A stretch of DNA of 64,000 nt from Amoebophrya sp. A120. Lineage: Eukaryota > Protista > Dinoflagellata. Below, piece by piece: positions 47,381 to 60,242 of the stretch (its first letter is position 1; each line of letters opens with the position of its first letter). The stretch is from contig CAJINV010000003.1 in assembly GCA_905178155.1 (NCBI GenBank), positions 1,999,873 through 2,063,872 of the forward strand, written 5' to 3'. The position numbers and the translations under genes were made by a program. The notes beneath the pieces are model-generated. The model did no database searches. It had not been told where the DNA came from and was given only the letters and a program-made list of their open reading frames with translations.

Positions 47381-49706
47381 CTTTATTTTCGCCAAACTTC
47401 GCGCTCGTTCTTTTCTTGATCTTGATGTGAAAATGGCGGCACTTTTTACTTTGACTAAGTAACGGCAACAACTTCCGGATCAGGTTGAAGCTGTAGAAGT
47501 AGTCCTACTACTAGATAACAAGCGAGTATAATCAATGAGTCGAAGCGGAAAAGAAAATCCGATGAGGAGAAGGAGCCTTAAAATCATGTTGGTGCTCACC
47601 CGAATCTTCCATAATGCGTTGCTTTTTGTTTTTGTTGTGTATGTGTAGGTGTACTCGTTCGGTTTTCGACAAATAAAAGGCTAAGCCAGTCTACTCAGTG
47701 CACTGAAGATGAATCTGCGAAGTCAAATCAGCTGAATGAAAGCTAAAATGTGAACCAAATAGATAGTTGCACTTCCATGTAGAAACCACTTGCTCCTTGT
47801 CCTTCCGACTGGATCAATTCTTTTTTCTCTATCGGTTTCGCTTTCGATCATGTAGGCACCATAATTTTTTGCTTTTCGACCCTAAAACGAAAGGCGATCA
47901 ACATGGCCGCCTGGTTTATATACAAATGGATGAGATTTTTCGGCACGAAAATACTCGGACAGACACAGAGGACGCCACACACTACATCAGATCTGAATAG
48001 CTGCACACCAGTATTCCTTTGGACAGAGTAGAGCAGATGAGCAAGGAGCTTGCTTCTGCAAATCCCACAGGTCTACTACGCCTGAGTAGTCTGGGTATGT
48101 AGCTGCACTGAAGTCACTTCTTGTTCTACGGCGCGAAGGCCCGCGGAAAATGCAGCACGCAGCGAAAGGAACGCGGCAGGAACGGGCGGCGGCACACCGG
48201 GCGGACGCCACGCTCGGAACCGATCATAGCGCGGCCCACCTAGCGTGGGAGGGGGCAGGGAGGCTTCGCGACACAAGGCTGGCTGGGGTCGCAACCAACA
48301 CGCAACCAAGCATGGCGCCGGCCGCCCGGCCCAGGACGGAGTGCAAGAAAGCGGCGCGGCGCGCGCGGCGACGGTGGCCCCACAACTCGGCCAGCCCAGG
48401 CACAGAATTAAGACGACGGACGGCGCCGGCGGCCGGCAGTGCCACCACCGGGGAGCGGGGAAAATGGCGCGCCCCAACTGCAAGGCGCCGGCGGGGGCGA
48501 CCGGGCTGAACTTATTACAAAGCGCGCAGGGATCGCGGTCGCCCCCCCTCTGCTGCTGCTGGTTGTCTATCTGGTGCCGGTCGCTGGCAATGAATTGTCT
48601 GCGCGCTGTTTGTCGCCTGTTGCTGCTCTTCCTCCTACCTCCGGGGCCGGAAACCTTGGCCGGCGGCTGCGCTCTGCGGCTCTGCCCGCCCGTGATATAT
48701 TGCCCCCAAAACCGGCCGCAACATCTCCCGGGCCTTGGTGCCTGCCCCGCGCCTTGTAGAAAGCGCACGCGTTTGGACTGGCCTCCGGCTTCCCCCGGCC
48801 CGGCAACTCCACACGACGCCAGCCCCGCCGCGCTGCCGCCGCATGCTTGGCGTGGGCTCTTTGTTTGCTTCGCCCCCTGTTGTCGAGTAAAGAAAGGGCC
48901 AAAAGAATCCTGCCAAGCTGCGGAGTCCGCGAAGGAACGGGCCACCTGGGTCACAACCAGCGGCCAAGGAAAACGGCCATGCGCTCTCGCCTGCTCGCGC
49001 ACCAAACGGCGCGGGGGGGCGTTTTCTTCCAGTATACTCGGCATCTCCCCCAGGCGTGTTCCTTGAAAACGCTAAAGACTGGCTGCCGCCAAGCGCCGCC
49101 GCCTGCCTGGAGGGCCCCCGATAAGCCTCAGCCGCTGGCCCCCGCGCGTGACTGGCAGCGCAAGCAGAGGCATCGACGCTGCGCGCCTGCGGAATCCGCC
49201 GGGCATGACGGGGCTCCTGCCTGTGTAGCGCTTCGCCATCTCCGTTTCGAAATGCTTAAGCTGGTCGGCTGCGAGGCGCTCCGCCGTTTGCCCACGTTGC
49301 TCATCTTTCCAGCCTCGCTCTATCGCCTGCTCGGGAAAGGAAGAAGCGGGGTCGCCCCACAACCGCGGCGCCCCACCACAATAGCAGTTGCCTTTCGCCA
49401 CCCAGCCGGTGTCCCATTACAGGCCGAAAGGCAGGAGGGCCCTGCGCTCGGTGATACGACCAGGCACACGCCCCCGCAGAGCAGCGCGGCAGGCTACAGA
49501 GTGCCGGCGCGCAGGCCGAGGCCAACCCAGACGCGCCAAGTTCGGCGCGTCAGCTGCAGCGTGCCAACCAGCGGAGCAGCCCATGGCCGTTGCGCCACCC
49601 CGGGGCCCTCACAGGAGCATGACGCCCGAAACTTCACTCGAATGCAGTCAATCGAGCAACGCCACCAACTTTTGATACTTCCAGAACGAAAAACTCCAGA
49701 ACACTT

Positions 49707-52625
49707 TTACTCGATCGGTTTTCTGCGAGAGTGACGGACTAGATTCGCAAGAACGCGAATTCGTTCGCATGCGTCCGTCGACCAAGTTCCGAATATGCCA
49801 GGAGCAAGTGAGTTAACATCAAAACTCACATTCGAACTGTCGTGCTGCCAATGTTTATGAAGACGGAAATTTTGCGGAATCGCAACAAAAATCAATCCAG
49901 CATTGCGGAGATGCATCGAAAATGTGTAGAGCTCGATGCATGAGCAAAGTCCAAAGGATGCACGCATGCTCATCACAATGAAGCGGTACGGCTGTTGGGT
50001 CGGCAACTTCGTCATATCACTGTGCAGCACCAAGAGCAAATGGGCAAACAAGAGGAGCAAGCACTGATAGGCCAGTTGCGAAACTTGGATCGCGCGGTTA
50101 CTCTCCATCTCCCCAACCCCGATTGCGACGAAGCAGCACAAGTTCAGGAGTCCAAGCACAAGCACCACGGCGTACAGAAACAGGGAGGTCATTGTGCCCC
50201 GAGAAAGCAGCCGTTCGTGGCTACTGCTGCGCGCATCTTCATGATGTTCGGGTAGTTTCTCCGAAGTAGATGTGAAAAGCCGATTGAGAGCGAGAAACAA
50301 ACCCCAACCGAACCGCTCGCTGGTCCAGAGTTGAAATCCCAGCATGGCCGAAAACCCGTAGCAGAACGCACCTACCGTGAATGCGACGCCCGTAATGTCG
50401 TGCGCGAAGAAAGCCGTGCACTTGGTAAGGTAACTCTCGTCTTCGTCCTGGCAGAAGAAACGAACATCCATCCCGGCCGAGCCCACAAAGAAAAAGACCC
50501 CTCCTACGAAGTCGCTCCACGCAATCAACGTCTCAATCAGCACCAACCGACGCTGTGGTCTTGAAGAATCTCTCGGCGTGGACCTCGCCTCTGCATTTAT
50601 TGCCGCAGACTCTCCACCGCTTTCGGCGGGCACTATTTGCGAATGACCTCGATCAAGACCAGTCACGTAGTTGCCGTCATTTTCATCTTCACGTAGTTTC
50701 TCCTGCTTGCCGAAGAAGTCTTTGACGATCAACAGCTCCAGAAACCCGTAGACGACGAAGCACAGACTGCCGATCACGAATGGCCAGAAAATCAGGTAGA
50801 GAAAGACCCATCGCGGTTTTTCCGAGACCGCGGGAACTGCGATGACCACCGTTCCTAAAGTAAAGAGAGTGCTTCCCAAATTCAGAATCACCACAGAAGC
50901 GTGAATTAGTGTGTTGGATTCTTTGTATCTCCCTTTGCTGCTTATTTCAGTCGCAGCAAACGGAGCGACGGGTTGAGAATGATGTTGAGGGTCCAGGATC
51001 TCGCTGGTGTGCTGCGCCGATATTCTTTCTGTCGGGTGAAAGTCAAACGGTGAAGATGATGTTGTACTAGTAGCTGAACCCGCAAGAACACGTGTGATAT
51101 CATTTTCGATCGGGGTAGAAGCACAGGCACCCGCGGCGGCGGTTGTTGCTACATTTATGTCTGAGAGCTGTCGACACACGCCCTGGAAATGGTCGAGGCA
51201 AGGCCGCGAAGGCTCCTGCAGCGTACCTCCTAGTTGCTGTACCCCATCGTCTTGTTGTCCCGCCTGTGGTCCTTGGTGCAGAACGCGACCACTCCTAACA
51301 GAGTGAATCTGCCGGAGCAGTTCGACGTCAGTTTCGCTGCTACTTCTTCGCCATCGGCACTGTGATTTCCTGAAAGCCGTCAGGTCCATCAGAAACCCTG
51401 CGACATCGCGGCCACGCACAGTTTTGTTCTCTACTTCTTGCTTGGACGATGTACTAGAAGCTGCTGGTGCAGTACCCTTCTCTGCAGCTGCAGCACCCCG
51501 TTCTACTTCCTGCGGGAAGCTTACGCTGCACTCGGGGCCCTTTTCGACGCCTGGCATCAGTCTTGCTGGAACGGCTGGCATTATTTGTCGGGCCTGCGAA
51601 AGGTTGGTTGGCAAAAAATCGCCAGAACCGATAACATCCGGTGGACACATCGCCCGCACGCGCGCCTGGTACACGCGCGAAGTGTCCGAGTGGCCACCTC
51701 CGGTCCGGGCAACTGCACCCAGTACAGCAGAAACGCACAAACGACGGTCGTTGTCTGTTCCTGCCAAAATAAACGGCTCCGAGGCTGACGTTCGCGGAGG
51801 CCGGACTTCTACATGATCGCCAACTATTAAAGGGTTATCCACGACGTCCAACGCCGTTTGCCTGATGTTCGGATTATATCGACTTATTCTGGTATCTCGA
51901 GCCAGCAGCTCAGGTCCTCGCAGGATCGTGGTAGCACGTCCTTCTGTCCCAATACTAAGCGTCGAAGAGCACACCGTGATCCGCGGGTCGTGCACGTATG
52001 CCACTGATCGCGGATCGCGGTCCGGGCCAAACCGCGTTACAATCACTGAGGAATAGCGATCGGTCCAGCAACCCGATAATTGTCCCTCCGTACTAGTACT
52101 AGTACCCCTCGTTGCGCTAGAAGGACCTTTGCCGCACTCTGACGGTTGCGCTACTTCCAAGGCAGCTGCTCGTACTGGCTGATGTCGTTGCATCTGTGTC
52201 CTCGTGAGATCCTGCGGTGAAGGTTGGGACTCGGGACTCTTGTTTTTACACTCGGAAGATGATCCACGCGCTGAATAACGGGATGAAAAGCCCACCCCTT
52301 CAGCGTGCTCGTTTTCATGCCGAACAGAAACTACACCCAGAGCTGCTGGCGGATGCGCCTGGAGAGAAGCCCCTTCTGTTCTTTCCTCATGCTGAAACTG
52401 CACATAGGCACACGCCGCACTGATTCCGAAATAGATGACCCCGAACAGGTTGGGCCAATTGACCAGTGGATTCAGAAACCGGTCCGGAACCCCAAGAATC
52501 GTGAAAATTCCGCCAGCGAAAAAGAGCAAACTTCCGATCAGGCATGTTATCAGCATGGTGTACGCGACATTGCGCCGGTACCGAAATTCGTCGAACCCAA
52601 TTAGCGGAGGAGCGTGTGCGTCCAT
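49707..52625 (-). CDS. Multi-pass membrane protein with YrhK-like hairpins and a long disordered loop
   Basis: 974-aa ORF; repeated hydrophobic motifs IGSLLFFAGGIF, LGSTLFTLGTV, FVIGSLCFV, VGGVFFFVGS, FTVGAFCY. Confidence 0.7.
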   Translation of the reverse strand: MDAHAPPLIGFDEFRYRRNVAYTMLITCLIGSLLFFAGGIFTILGVPDRFLNPLVNWPNLFGVIYFGISAACAYVQFQHEERTEGASLQAHPPAALGVVSVRHENEHAEGVGFSSRYSARGSSSECKNKSPESQPSPQDLTRTQMQRHQPVRAAALEVAQPSECGKGPSSATRGTSTSTEGQLSGCWTDRYSSVIVTRFGPDRDPRSVAYVHDPRITVCSSTLSIGTEGRATTILRGPELLARDTRISRYNPNIRQTALDVVDNPLIVGDHVEVRPPRTSASEPFILAGTDNDRRLCVSAVLGAVARTGGGHSDTSRVYQARVRAMCPPDVIGSGDFLPTNLSQARQIMPAVPARLMPGVEKGPECSVSFPQEVERGAAAAEKGTAPAASSTSSKQEVENKTVRGRDVAGFLMDLTAFRKSQCRWRRSSSETDVELLRQIHSVRSGRVLHQGPQAGQQDDGVQQLGGTLQEPSRPCLDHFQGVCRQLSDINVATTAAAGACASTPIENDITRVLAGSATSTTSSSPFDFHPTERISAQHTSEILDPQHHSQPVAPFAATEISSKGRYKESNTLIHASVVILNLGSTLFTLGTVVIAVPAVSEKPRWVFLYLIFWPFVIGSLCFVVYGFLELLIVKDFFGKQEKLREDENDGNYVTGLDRGHSQIVPAESGGESAAINAEARSTPRDSSRPQRRLVLIETLIAWSDFVGGVFFFVGSAGMDVRFFCQDEDESYLTKCTAFFAHDITGVAFTVGAFCYGFSAMLGFQLWTSERFGWGLFLALNRLFTSTSEKLPEHHEDARSSSHERLLSRGTMTSLFLYAVVLVLGLLNLCCFVAIGVGEMESNRAIQVSQLAYQCLLLLFAHLLLVLHSDMTKLPTQQPYRFIVMSMRASFGLCSCIELYTFSMHLRNAGLIFVAIPQNFRLHKHWQHDSSNVSFDVNSLAPGIFGTWSTDACERIRVLANLVRHSRRKPIE

Positions 52626-53123
52626 ACTCACGGAATGGCTCTTCGGAAGCCAGGTAGGAATGACTCAACTTAGTCCTATTTCAATCTTGCTCTTCATAGT
52701 ACTTGGCAAAGTGTTCTGTGCCAATCGTAAAGATCAAAAAAAATGAAATTGAAACAAATCCCAGCAGCGTCGCCACGGAAACATCAAGCAAGAAACCAAC
52801 GGAGATCGCTTTATTAACAGATCATGGGTGTAATTCGTCTTTCTACCAGAGTAGATACTTTGCCATTGATCAGAGGACAGCAACTTGTCCAGAAGACAGA
52901 CAAACAAGCCGCTTACGAAAGGTTTTGAACACTCTACTCAACACACAAAGCCAGAGGCGGCAAAGCTCCTGCAACAACGCCTACCATTAGCATCATTCTT
53001 TATTCTGGAATAGTTGTTTCGTTGATCGTCGACATTTTTCCCTGTATACATGGCTCTTAAGTGAAATTCTCACAGCTAGCTTGGCATTCCCATTCAACTT
53101 CAAGTTCAGGTGAGAACCTCGCC

Positions 53124-54164
53124 TCAACTGTTCTTTTTTCGTTTTGCCCTTGGAGGAGGTTGGGCGCTCGCTTTCTTCTCGGCGGCTTCCACTTCGCGCA
53201 TCGCTTTTGCGAAGGCTCCATTCGGGTCCATGTACGACCCCGCGGCCACACCCGCGCCGCCAAAAGCTTGTCGCTGCGCCTGACGACTCTGAATCAGGGC
53301 TGCCAAGCCACCAGCACCAGCGATCTCCTTCTGGGTTTCCCGAAACAATGCGTCGTCCTTCTCGAGATCCTTCTCTTCGTTTTGCTTTTGCTTCAGCACT
53401 CGTTTCGCCTTCGCGCGCAGTTTCTTCTCCAAATCCTTTGACAGCACAAAGGTGCTATTCGCTGCCGTGCCGGTGGTGGAAGTACTAGACGAACTCGACG
53501 TGGTCGGTGAGGAAAAGGACTGCAGAATCTTAACGTACCTGTCTACGTCCTCGGGCTCGGCACCGATAATATTCTCGAACAGGCTAAGCAGGTCGTTTGC
53601 TTGCGCGAGCCTCAGAAGATCCTGCCGCTCCTCGACACTGCCCCGGTAGGTCCGCAACGCCTCCTCAATGTCATCCTCTGTGATCGGGCCTCTCGGTCGG
53701 ATGAAGTGGGCAAAGGCGTTGAACAGGTCCTGGTCAAAAACATTGTCCTCGTTCACAGTACCAAACCGGTCGTAGTGCTTCCGTTTCCTCTCGTCTCCGA
53801 GCACTTCGTAGCTCTGCTGGAGGACCTGAAACTTGTTCTTGGCGTCGGGATCCGTCAAATTCTTGTCCGGGTGCAGCTCGAGCGCACGATGGCGGTAGGC
53901 CTTCTTTATGTCCGCAGCCGTGGCGGTTTTTTCCACGCCCAACACCTCGTAAAGCGAAGTGAAGGACGAAGAGTTTTCCCTACTTGTCGACTCCGCGGGC
54001 TCCTCAGCAGTAGGGCGCTGTCTTTTAGTCGAAGACGAAGAGGAGCTTCCGCCTGAACAACCCGCAGGCGCGGCTTTGGCAGTCGTCTCCTTGCTATCCT
54101 GAACTTTTTTGCCGTCCACGGAAGGCCGACGAGGATCGGGTGTCGCTTTAGTATTTCGATTCAT
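53124..54164 (-). CDS. DnaJ-domain protein (DNAJC9-like)
   Basis: LYEVLGV..IKKAYRHRALELHPDKN..FQVLQQSYEVL..RKHYDRFG, followed by ITEDDIEE..YRGSVEERQDL. Confidence 0.93.
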   Translation of the reverse strand: MNRNTKATPDPRRPSVDGKKVQDSKETTAKAAPAGCSGGSSSSSSTKRQRPTAEEPAESTSRENSSSFTSLYEVLGVEKTATAADIKKAYRHRALELHPDKNLTDPDAKNKFQVLQQSYEVLGDERKRKHYDRFGTVNEDNVFDQDLFNAFAHFIRPRGPITEDDIEEALRTYRGSVEERQDLLRLAQANDLLSLFENIIGAEPEDVDRYVKILQSFSSPTTSSSSSTSTTGTAANSTFVLSKDLEKKLRAKAKRVLKQKQNEEKDLEKDDALFRETQKEIAGAGGLAALIQSRQAQRQAFGGAGVAAGSYMDPNGAFAKAMREVEAAEKKASAQPPPRAKRKKNS

Positions 54165-54892
54165 TTTCTGCTGATATTTCTCAGTGTGTTTAAACCAGTC
54201 TCGAATTACCTATTCACACGACATGAGTTCATGAAGAGCATTCTTGACATCTGTAGCTAGTACAGGCCTGCACAGAATTTACGTCAGTGCGCGAGTATTA
54301 ATTTTGTGGTCCTGCTTGCGGTTCCGGTACATTTATCTCAAGGTATGTTGTCACAGATTCATTGAGGTGGACAAGCAAGACGGACAGCGTAAAATTAGAT
54401 GTACAAAATATTTGTTTTTATTCCATTTTCGTCTGGTGCTGTCTCAACATTGTGATTCCACAAGTACCTTCCTACAGTTTGCCGAGGCTCAGCCCTCTTT
54501 GCTCAACATAGAGATCATTACGTAGAGATGCGCATTAATATGCACCCAACGCCAATCAAAACCATGAACATTCACGTACATTTATTCCAATTCCAATTTT
54601 GATTTTCATTTTCCGCACACAATTTCAGCGCGCAGCCGACCATGGCCGAATCATTTTGTCTCTGTTCTTGTTTGCCTTTTTGATTCTCTGTATTCTCTGT
54701 AAAAAGCTGGTGCAGCTGCAGCGATCGCAATTTTTCTAACATTTCATGCTTCACAGCAATGCGTAGTGCTAGTGCTTCTTGGAACAACACATGCCACACT
54801 TCTTGCCTGACTCTACACATTCTCCACGAAGGCGTGCCGTTTCAAATTTCAATTTGAAAAAATCGTTCACTTTTTCAGCATGGCCAAACCGG

Positions 54893-57800
54893 TCAGAGGA
54901 CTCGCGACATGGATTTGGGCGCTTTGGCCTGGACCGAGCGGTTTGCGCGTAAAAACGCCATCCAATTGGCTCGTCGGGAGCCCAAGTCGAAGGGATTCAC
55001 GAACTCGAGTTTTCCGCCCAACTCCACGTCTTTTTTCACCCAAAAGTGGTCGTAGCGAATCTTGTTCTCACTTTCGTTGAGTGTCAAATTCTGCCCGATC
55101 AAGCTGGCCTGCCTGCGCCACAACTTCCAGACCCAGACGAGAAAGAGGGCATGCTGCAAAACCGCCACAACCAGTATCGCTAGGGAGAAGAATGTACTGA
55201 GCGAGCTCCACAGAAAACTGCCGGCGGTGGCCGCGGAAGTTGTTGTTGAAGCGGCCGCAGATGCTGCAGCTGCCATGTTTAATTCCGGAGTTCCACCTTC
55301 GTCCGGGACTACAATGGCGCCCCCTGTCTCCTGTGAAGAACTACCCTTCAACAATGTGCTATAATCCTCCTCTTTCAAAGCGACGTGCTGAAACAGCAAA
55401 AGCCGCACCTCCGAGACGCTGGCGTGCATGTAGACGAAGAGACTGACCGCACAATGCAATATTGTCGCGAGGAGGAAGAGGATGAACCATCTGTGCGTGC
55501 CCTTTCCCACCGCGTTGTTGATCCACATGCAGTGGTGGTCGAACTCCTCAATGCACCGGTCGTAAACGCGGCAGTGCTTGACCCGCAAGTGCTTCTCGAT
55601 GTGACAGGTTTCGCAGTACCGGAAGCTCCGCAGCTGCTTCACCACCGCGTCGTCCTGCGCCAGCAGCTTGTTGCTGTCCAGTTGCTTGAAGTGCCGCAGC
55701 AGGGCCTGCCGCCCGTCCACGGCCTTCGGTACGGTTCCGGGGTTTTTCACGAGCAAGAGAAGGAACAGGCCACTCATGAGCAGCTGGGTCGCGGATAACA
55801 CGCGGGACACTAGTACGGACAACAACCAGGAGACGGCAGAGATCGTGGGCTGCGCCGCGGGTTGTACTCCGGACCCCCGCTGCTCGCCGGGCGCGGCCGT
55901 GTAGCTGCTGCTCGAGGTGGCGGTGGATAACTCAGTTCTGACAGCTGCCAGGTCAATCTCATCGCTGTCCAGAGGGGACGGACTGCCATCCTTTTGGCCC
56001 GCAGACGAAGCAGGCGCAAGATGAGCCGCACTGTCTGCCGCGACCACTGCGGCCATTTGCTCAGCCTCTAGGTGGCTACGGAAAGCGCAACTGAGCGCCA
56101 GGCAAAAAGCGATCGTGAGGGGCGGCGCCCACGACTTGAGCGCGCGTCCCGTCTTCCGCCGCAGGACGCGCAGCTGCTGGCCGGCCCAGACGCGCTTCTT
56201 CGGCATGCGGATCAGGCTGATGATCTTGGAAACTTTCGCTTTGAGGTATCTCCTCTTGCCGCCGCCACGCATGCGGGCACCCCCTGTGTCTTCCTTGTTA
56301 TGGTCATGGGTCATCTCTTTGCTTGTTTTGCTCGAATGCTCCTCCTGGTCGATGAACATTTCGTTGATTTTCTTTGCGGCGTCCTCCTCGTCCTCTGCGT
56401 CGTCTTTGTGATCTCGTTCCGGGTCATCTTCCAGCTTGTGGGCGGACGCGAGCATGAAATCGTAGATCTCCACAAACTGTTTGTTCACGAGGGCCCCGCG
56501 GCTCGCTGCCATCCCGAACGCGTCCACGCCAGCAGTGTTTCTATCGTACACCGAACAAAGCTTGCGCTCAATCAACAACTGCGCTATACCTGAAATTACA
56601 TCGATTGAGTACAAGTTAGCCAGCATCGTCCCAAACTCCTCAGCGTGTTCTCCGAAGATCGCCTTCGGATTAAAGCCATAATTTCATGAAATCAAATTGC
56701 AAAAAACGCGCCGGTCTTATATTTTCAAGAAGTCAGTTTGTGCTCCTGCTCAGGAGCAGACTTTCATCTACTTATACCGAGTTCCTCGGCCTGTATTGCT
56801 CGCAGGAGCGCGGTGTTTCCTTGTTCGTCGACGTGTGTGAAGTCAGCCTTCAAGTCGGCCAAATACCGGACGATGCTGGTCTGGCCCTTCGTACAGGCCC
56901 AGTGGATCGCGTTCGCGAACTGTGCGTCCGTCTGGTACAGCACACTTTCATCCCGGTTCAGCAAGATCCAGAGCGCGTCCCGGACGTTCTCGCGCGCGCA
57001 CACGATCGCCGGCGTGCAGCCGAGGGAATCGCGCTTGGTGAAACTGGCCCCGCAATCCAGCAAGACCTTCACCGTCTGCACGTGCTTCTTGCGGCAGGCC
57101 CGGAGCAGCGCGGTGGAGCAGGGAGGTTGGAAGTCCAGCGCGTCTATCGGGACCGCGGCCTCCTTCACGAGCCAGGCAATCAGCTTGCTGGCGTTGGGCG
57201 ACTCGTAATCCGCGACCAGGTGCAAAAGAGTCTGCCCCACATGGTCCCGGGCGGCGGCCAGTTGCTCGACAAACTTTGGTGGCTCCTTCTTCCCCTCGGC
57301 CAAAAGTTGTCCCAGAAGCTTGTCGTTGGCTTGCCCGTCGCGGAGGCGGTTGTAGTACCGCAGAATCTTCGGACTCGTCAAGTAACCACCAGGTGCTGGA
57401 TTTACGCCCTCAAATTGCCTTCCGGGCGTTGCAGGCCGGGAACTTTCGGCTCCGCCGGAGACAAAGCTCCCACGGTTCGACGCATGATTGGCAGCTCCAC
57501 TACCCGACGCGGCGGCTGCAGCTGCACAATGTTGAGGATGCAGTTGAAGGCAAACATTTAGATTTGATTTGGATTTGGTCGGCAGATGACATTAGCATTT
57601 GCATTACCATTGAAATGAACATCAAAACAACTGAACAGAACCAGAAGCTGCAAAGAAAAACATGTAGAAAATCCGAACACGGAGGCGCGGGGGCTCTGGA
57701 TCGACAATTCCATCGATGTCCGTTGCTTTTCTATCTTGTGGTTCAGATGACTACACGACCAGCATTGATTAGTAAAGGTACCTTGGCTTTGCGCTTGACC

Positions 57801-59447
57801 GATTGCGGCACCCAGGTGCGCGGTAAAATCACTTCGGGCCGAAGAACTGGAAAGGACCGCGTTGGTGACAGCGTCTTTGTAGATGGAGTTATTTGCGTCC
57901 CCAAACACTTCTTCGACGGTGAGCTGGTCGCGGCGCAGGTCCTTGCGAAAATTGGCCATGTACTGGTCGTCTTCTTCGTAGAACTGATGGTAAATACTCG
58001 TGCCTTTCTGTTTGATATTCGGAGGCACGGTGGGCGAACTCGCTGGAAAGGGGGACCGCGCGGGCACCGGCACCCCCGTGTCGCCCGTTTGTGCATCTTG
58101 TCCGCGTGGCTCTAGCTCGGCGGCAGGCGCCGGGTAGGTGTCAACCTCGGCACTACTTGAGGAAGACGAGGAGGAACTCGAAAATGGCAATACCTCTGGT
58201 GGACGTGAATTGAACTCAACCGCGGAGGCGACGCTTTCCACATGTTGCGTATCGTAGTTATCCGGCAGGGATGAAGATGCAGCGCTTCCCGCTCCTGGAT
58301 CATCTACGACTTGAGCCGGTTCTCGTGTGGAACAGGTTTCGTCCAAAGCAACAGCGCAGTCATTCTGTTCAAGACCGTCGCAGTCGCCAGTCGACGCTGG
58401 TGTAGTTGCCATGATGTCGCTTGCGTGCGTGTTCACTCGCGACAAGGGGGGTTCGACGACCACAATCTCGATCGGAGCGGACTCCACTCGAACCATCGCA
58501 GTCGTTGATGCAGCAGACACGCTTTTTGAAATGGTCACGTCGTCTGCATCAAGAGCAACATGATCCGCGCCCGCCTCGTCTCCTGGCTGAAATGCAGTGG
58601 GCGCGGTCGTACTAAAGGCTTCTGCGTCTACTTCGGTATGATCATCTGCTGGTGCGTGAGGAAGATGATGTGGTGCAGGATTATCGGAAGAGAACAGGTG
58701 TCTCTCGTGATCGGAGGTATCTAGTCTATGTATCTCCGTCGACGAGGAAGAGGCTGCGCTTGCTCCCGACGAGGAAGCTGCCTGCGTGCTGTTTTCCACC
58801 GCCCCGCAGTCGTCCTCTGCCATAATCGGAAGATCGCTGGCGCCGCCCCCCGCGTGTCGTGGCGATGTTGTTGTGTGTGCGCCATCAAGATCAAGCGATC
58901 TTGCATCCTCCGGGCTGCTGGCGTCATTTTCTAGCCAGGGATCCCTGTCTTCGGGCGAGCTTGGAGGGATATCTTCTACTTCCTCATCTCCAGCGTGGTC
59001 TTCCTCCCCTGCACCAGCTTCCGCAGGGGGAGGAGTCTGAAGATCCGCTGCAGCATCCAGGCCGGCGTCTTCGTCCCGCGGTCTTCTGCTAGTCGACGAG
59101 GAGGCCGCACTTGTCCTGACGGCGTTTTCATCTGCTCCCGCTCCCACCGGGGCGAGGAACAGATCGCCACTCATCCCTCGCACTCGCGGCGCAAAAATAT
59201 CCTCGTCCGAAGAACTGCCGAAAAGCTGCTGTCCAGTCGCGCTTTTGCTGTCTGAAGCAACTGCGCCTGGTGGCGAAGTCGTGTTCCCGCCGTTAACGTT
59301 CTCGTCAGAGGAGAGTGACGAGGCAGAGGACGAGGAAATCTGTACGTTAGTCGTAGTACTGGGCTGTAGCCACTCCTCGTCGGAGCTGTTTTTGATGCGA
59401 AACGCATCTCCGAGGATGTCGTCCACGTTCCCGAAGTCGTCGTCCAT
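54893..59447 (-). CDS. Ankyrin-repeat DHHC palmitoyltransferase (Akr1/ZDHHC17-like), probably with a long acidic N-terminal exon
   Basis: CETCHIEKHLRVKHCRVYDRCIEEFDHHCMWINNAVG, TLNE and NPFDLG in 54893-56626; ankyrin repeats in 56764-57381; linkage of ORF 57558-59447 is inferred. Confidence 0.85.
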
Positions 59448-60242
59448 ATCTGGCTCTTTTATTTTCTTCTTCTAGTACAACCCAGCAGTACTAGATGTTG
59501 ACCTTTTTCGGTCTACGAGCGCTTTTTTTTTGAAGGAACGACCTGGCTCGCCGTGTCTACTCAGGAGCTGCACAAGCGAACTACTAGCCTTCTGGACCGA
59601 AAATGATCAACACACACCGGCCCGCGCTGCGTGGCGTGCGTGTCCATCGATCCCTATTTCAGTTTGGTTGTGCAAGGTAGAGGTTTTAGTTTTACTTCTT
59701 GCCAGAAGTATCGTCAAAGCATGAGTCGTTGGAATTGCGAAGCAGGCAATCGTCTCGATGAAGCAAGTCCACATACTGGAAGCTTGAATTTGTAATCATT
59801 CTCGTGCACATGTAGTTGAGTGCTTGTTCGACTTGCACAACAATTCGATCGAGCATGACTCTGCGAAACAAATGGCACCGAAAAATTCCAGGATTTATCT
59901 CGCTTTTTTCCTGTAGCGGACGAGTTTATTCACACTCGGGACCCTTGTCCGTCCAATTCGAGTACGTACGCAGCCACGGCTGCGAGAAGAACCACTGCGC
60001 AATAATGGTGCGACTTGGATTCGACGCGATGAAAAGGCGCCTCCGACCTTTCTTCTCATGTTCGCAGAGGAGCAGGTTTTTTATGCAAAAGACTTTTTTC
60101 TGTTCTCGTGAATTCGCTCGCTAGTGTCTCAAGACGAGAACGACTCGATGGAAAAAAGTTTATATTAATACTGAAACAATGTGCATGAAGCTTGTGATTT
60201 CCTGACAAAAAACACACTACAGAGAAACTACAGTCTGCCGCT

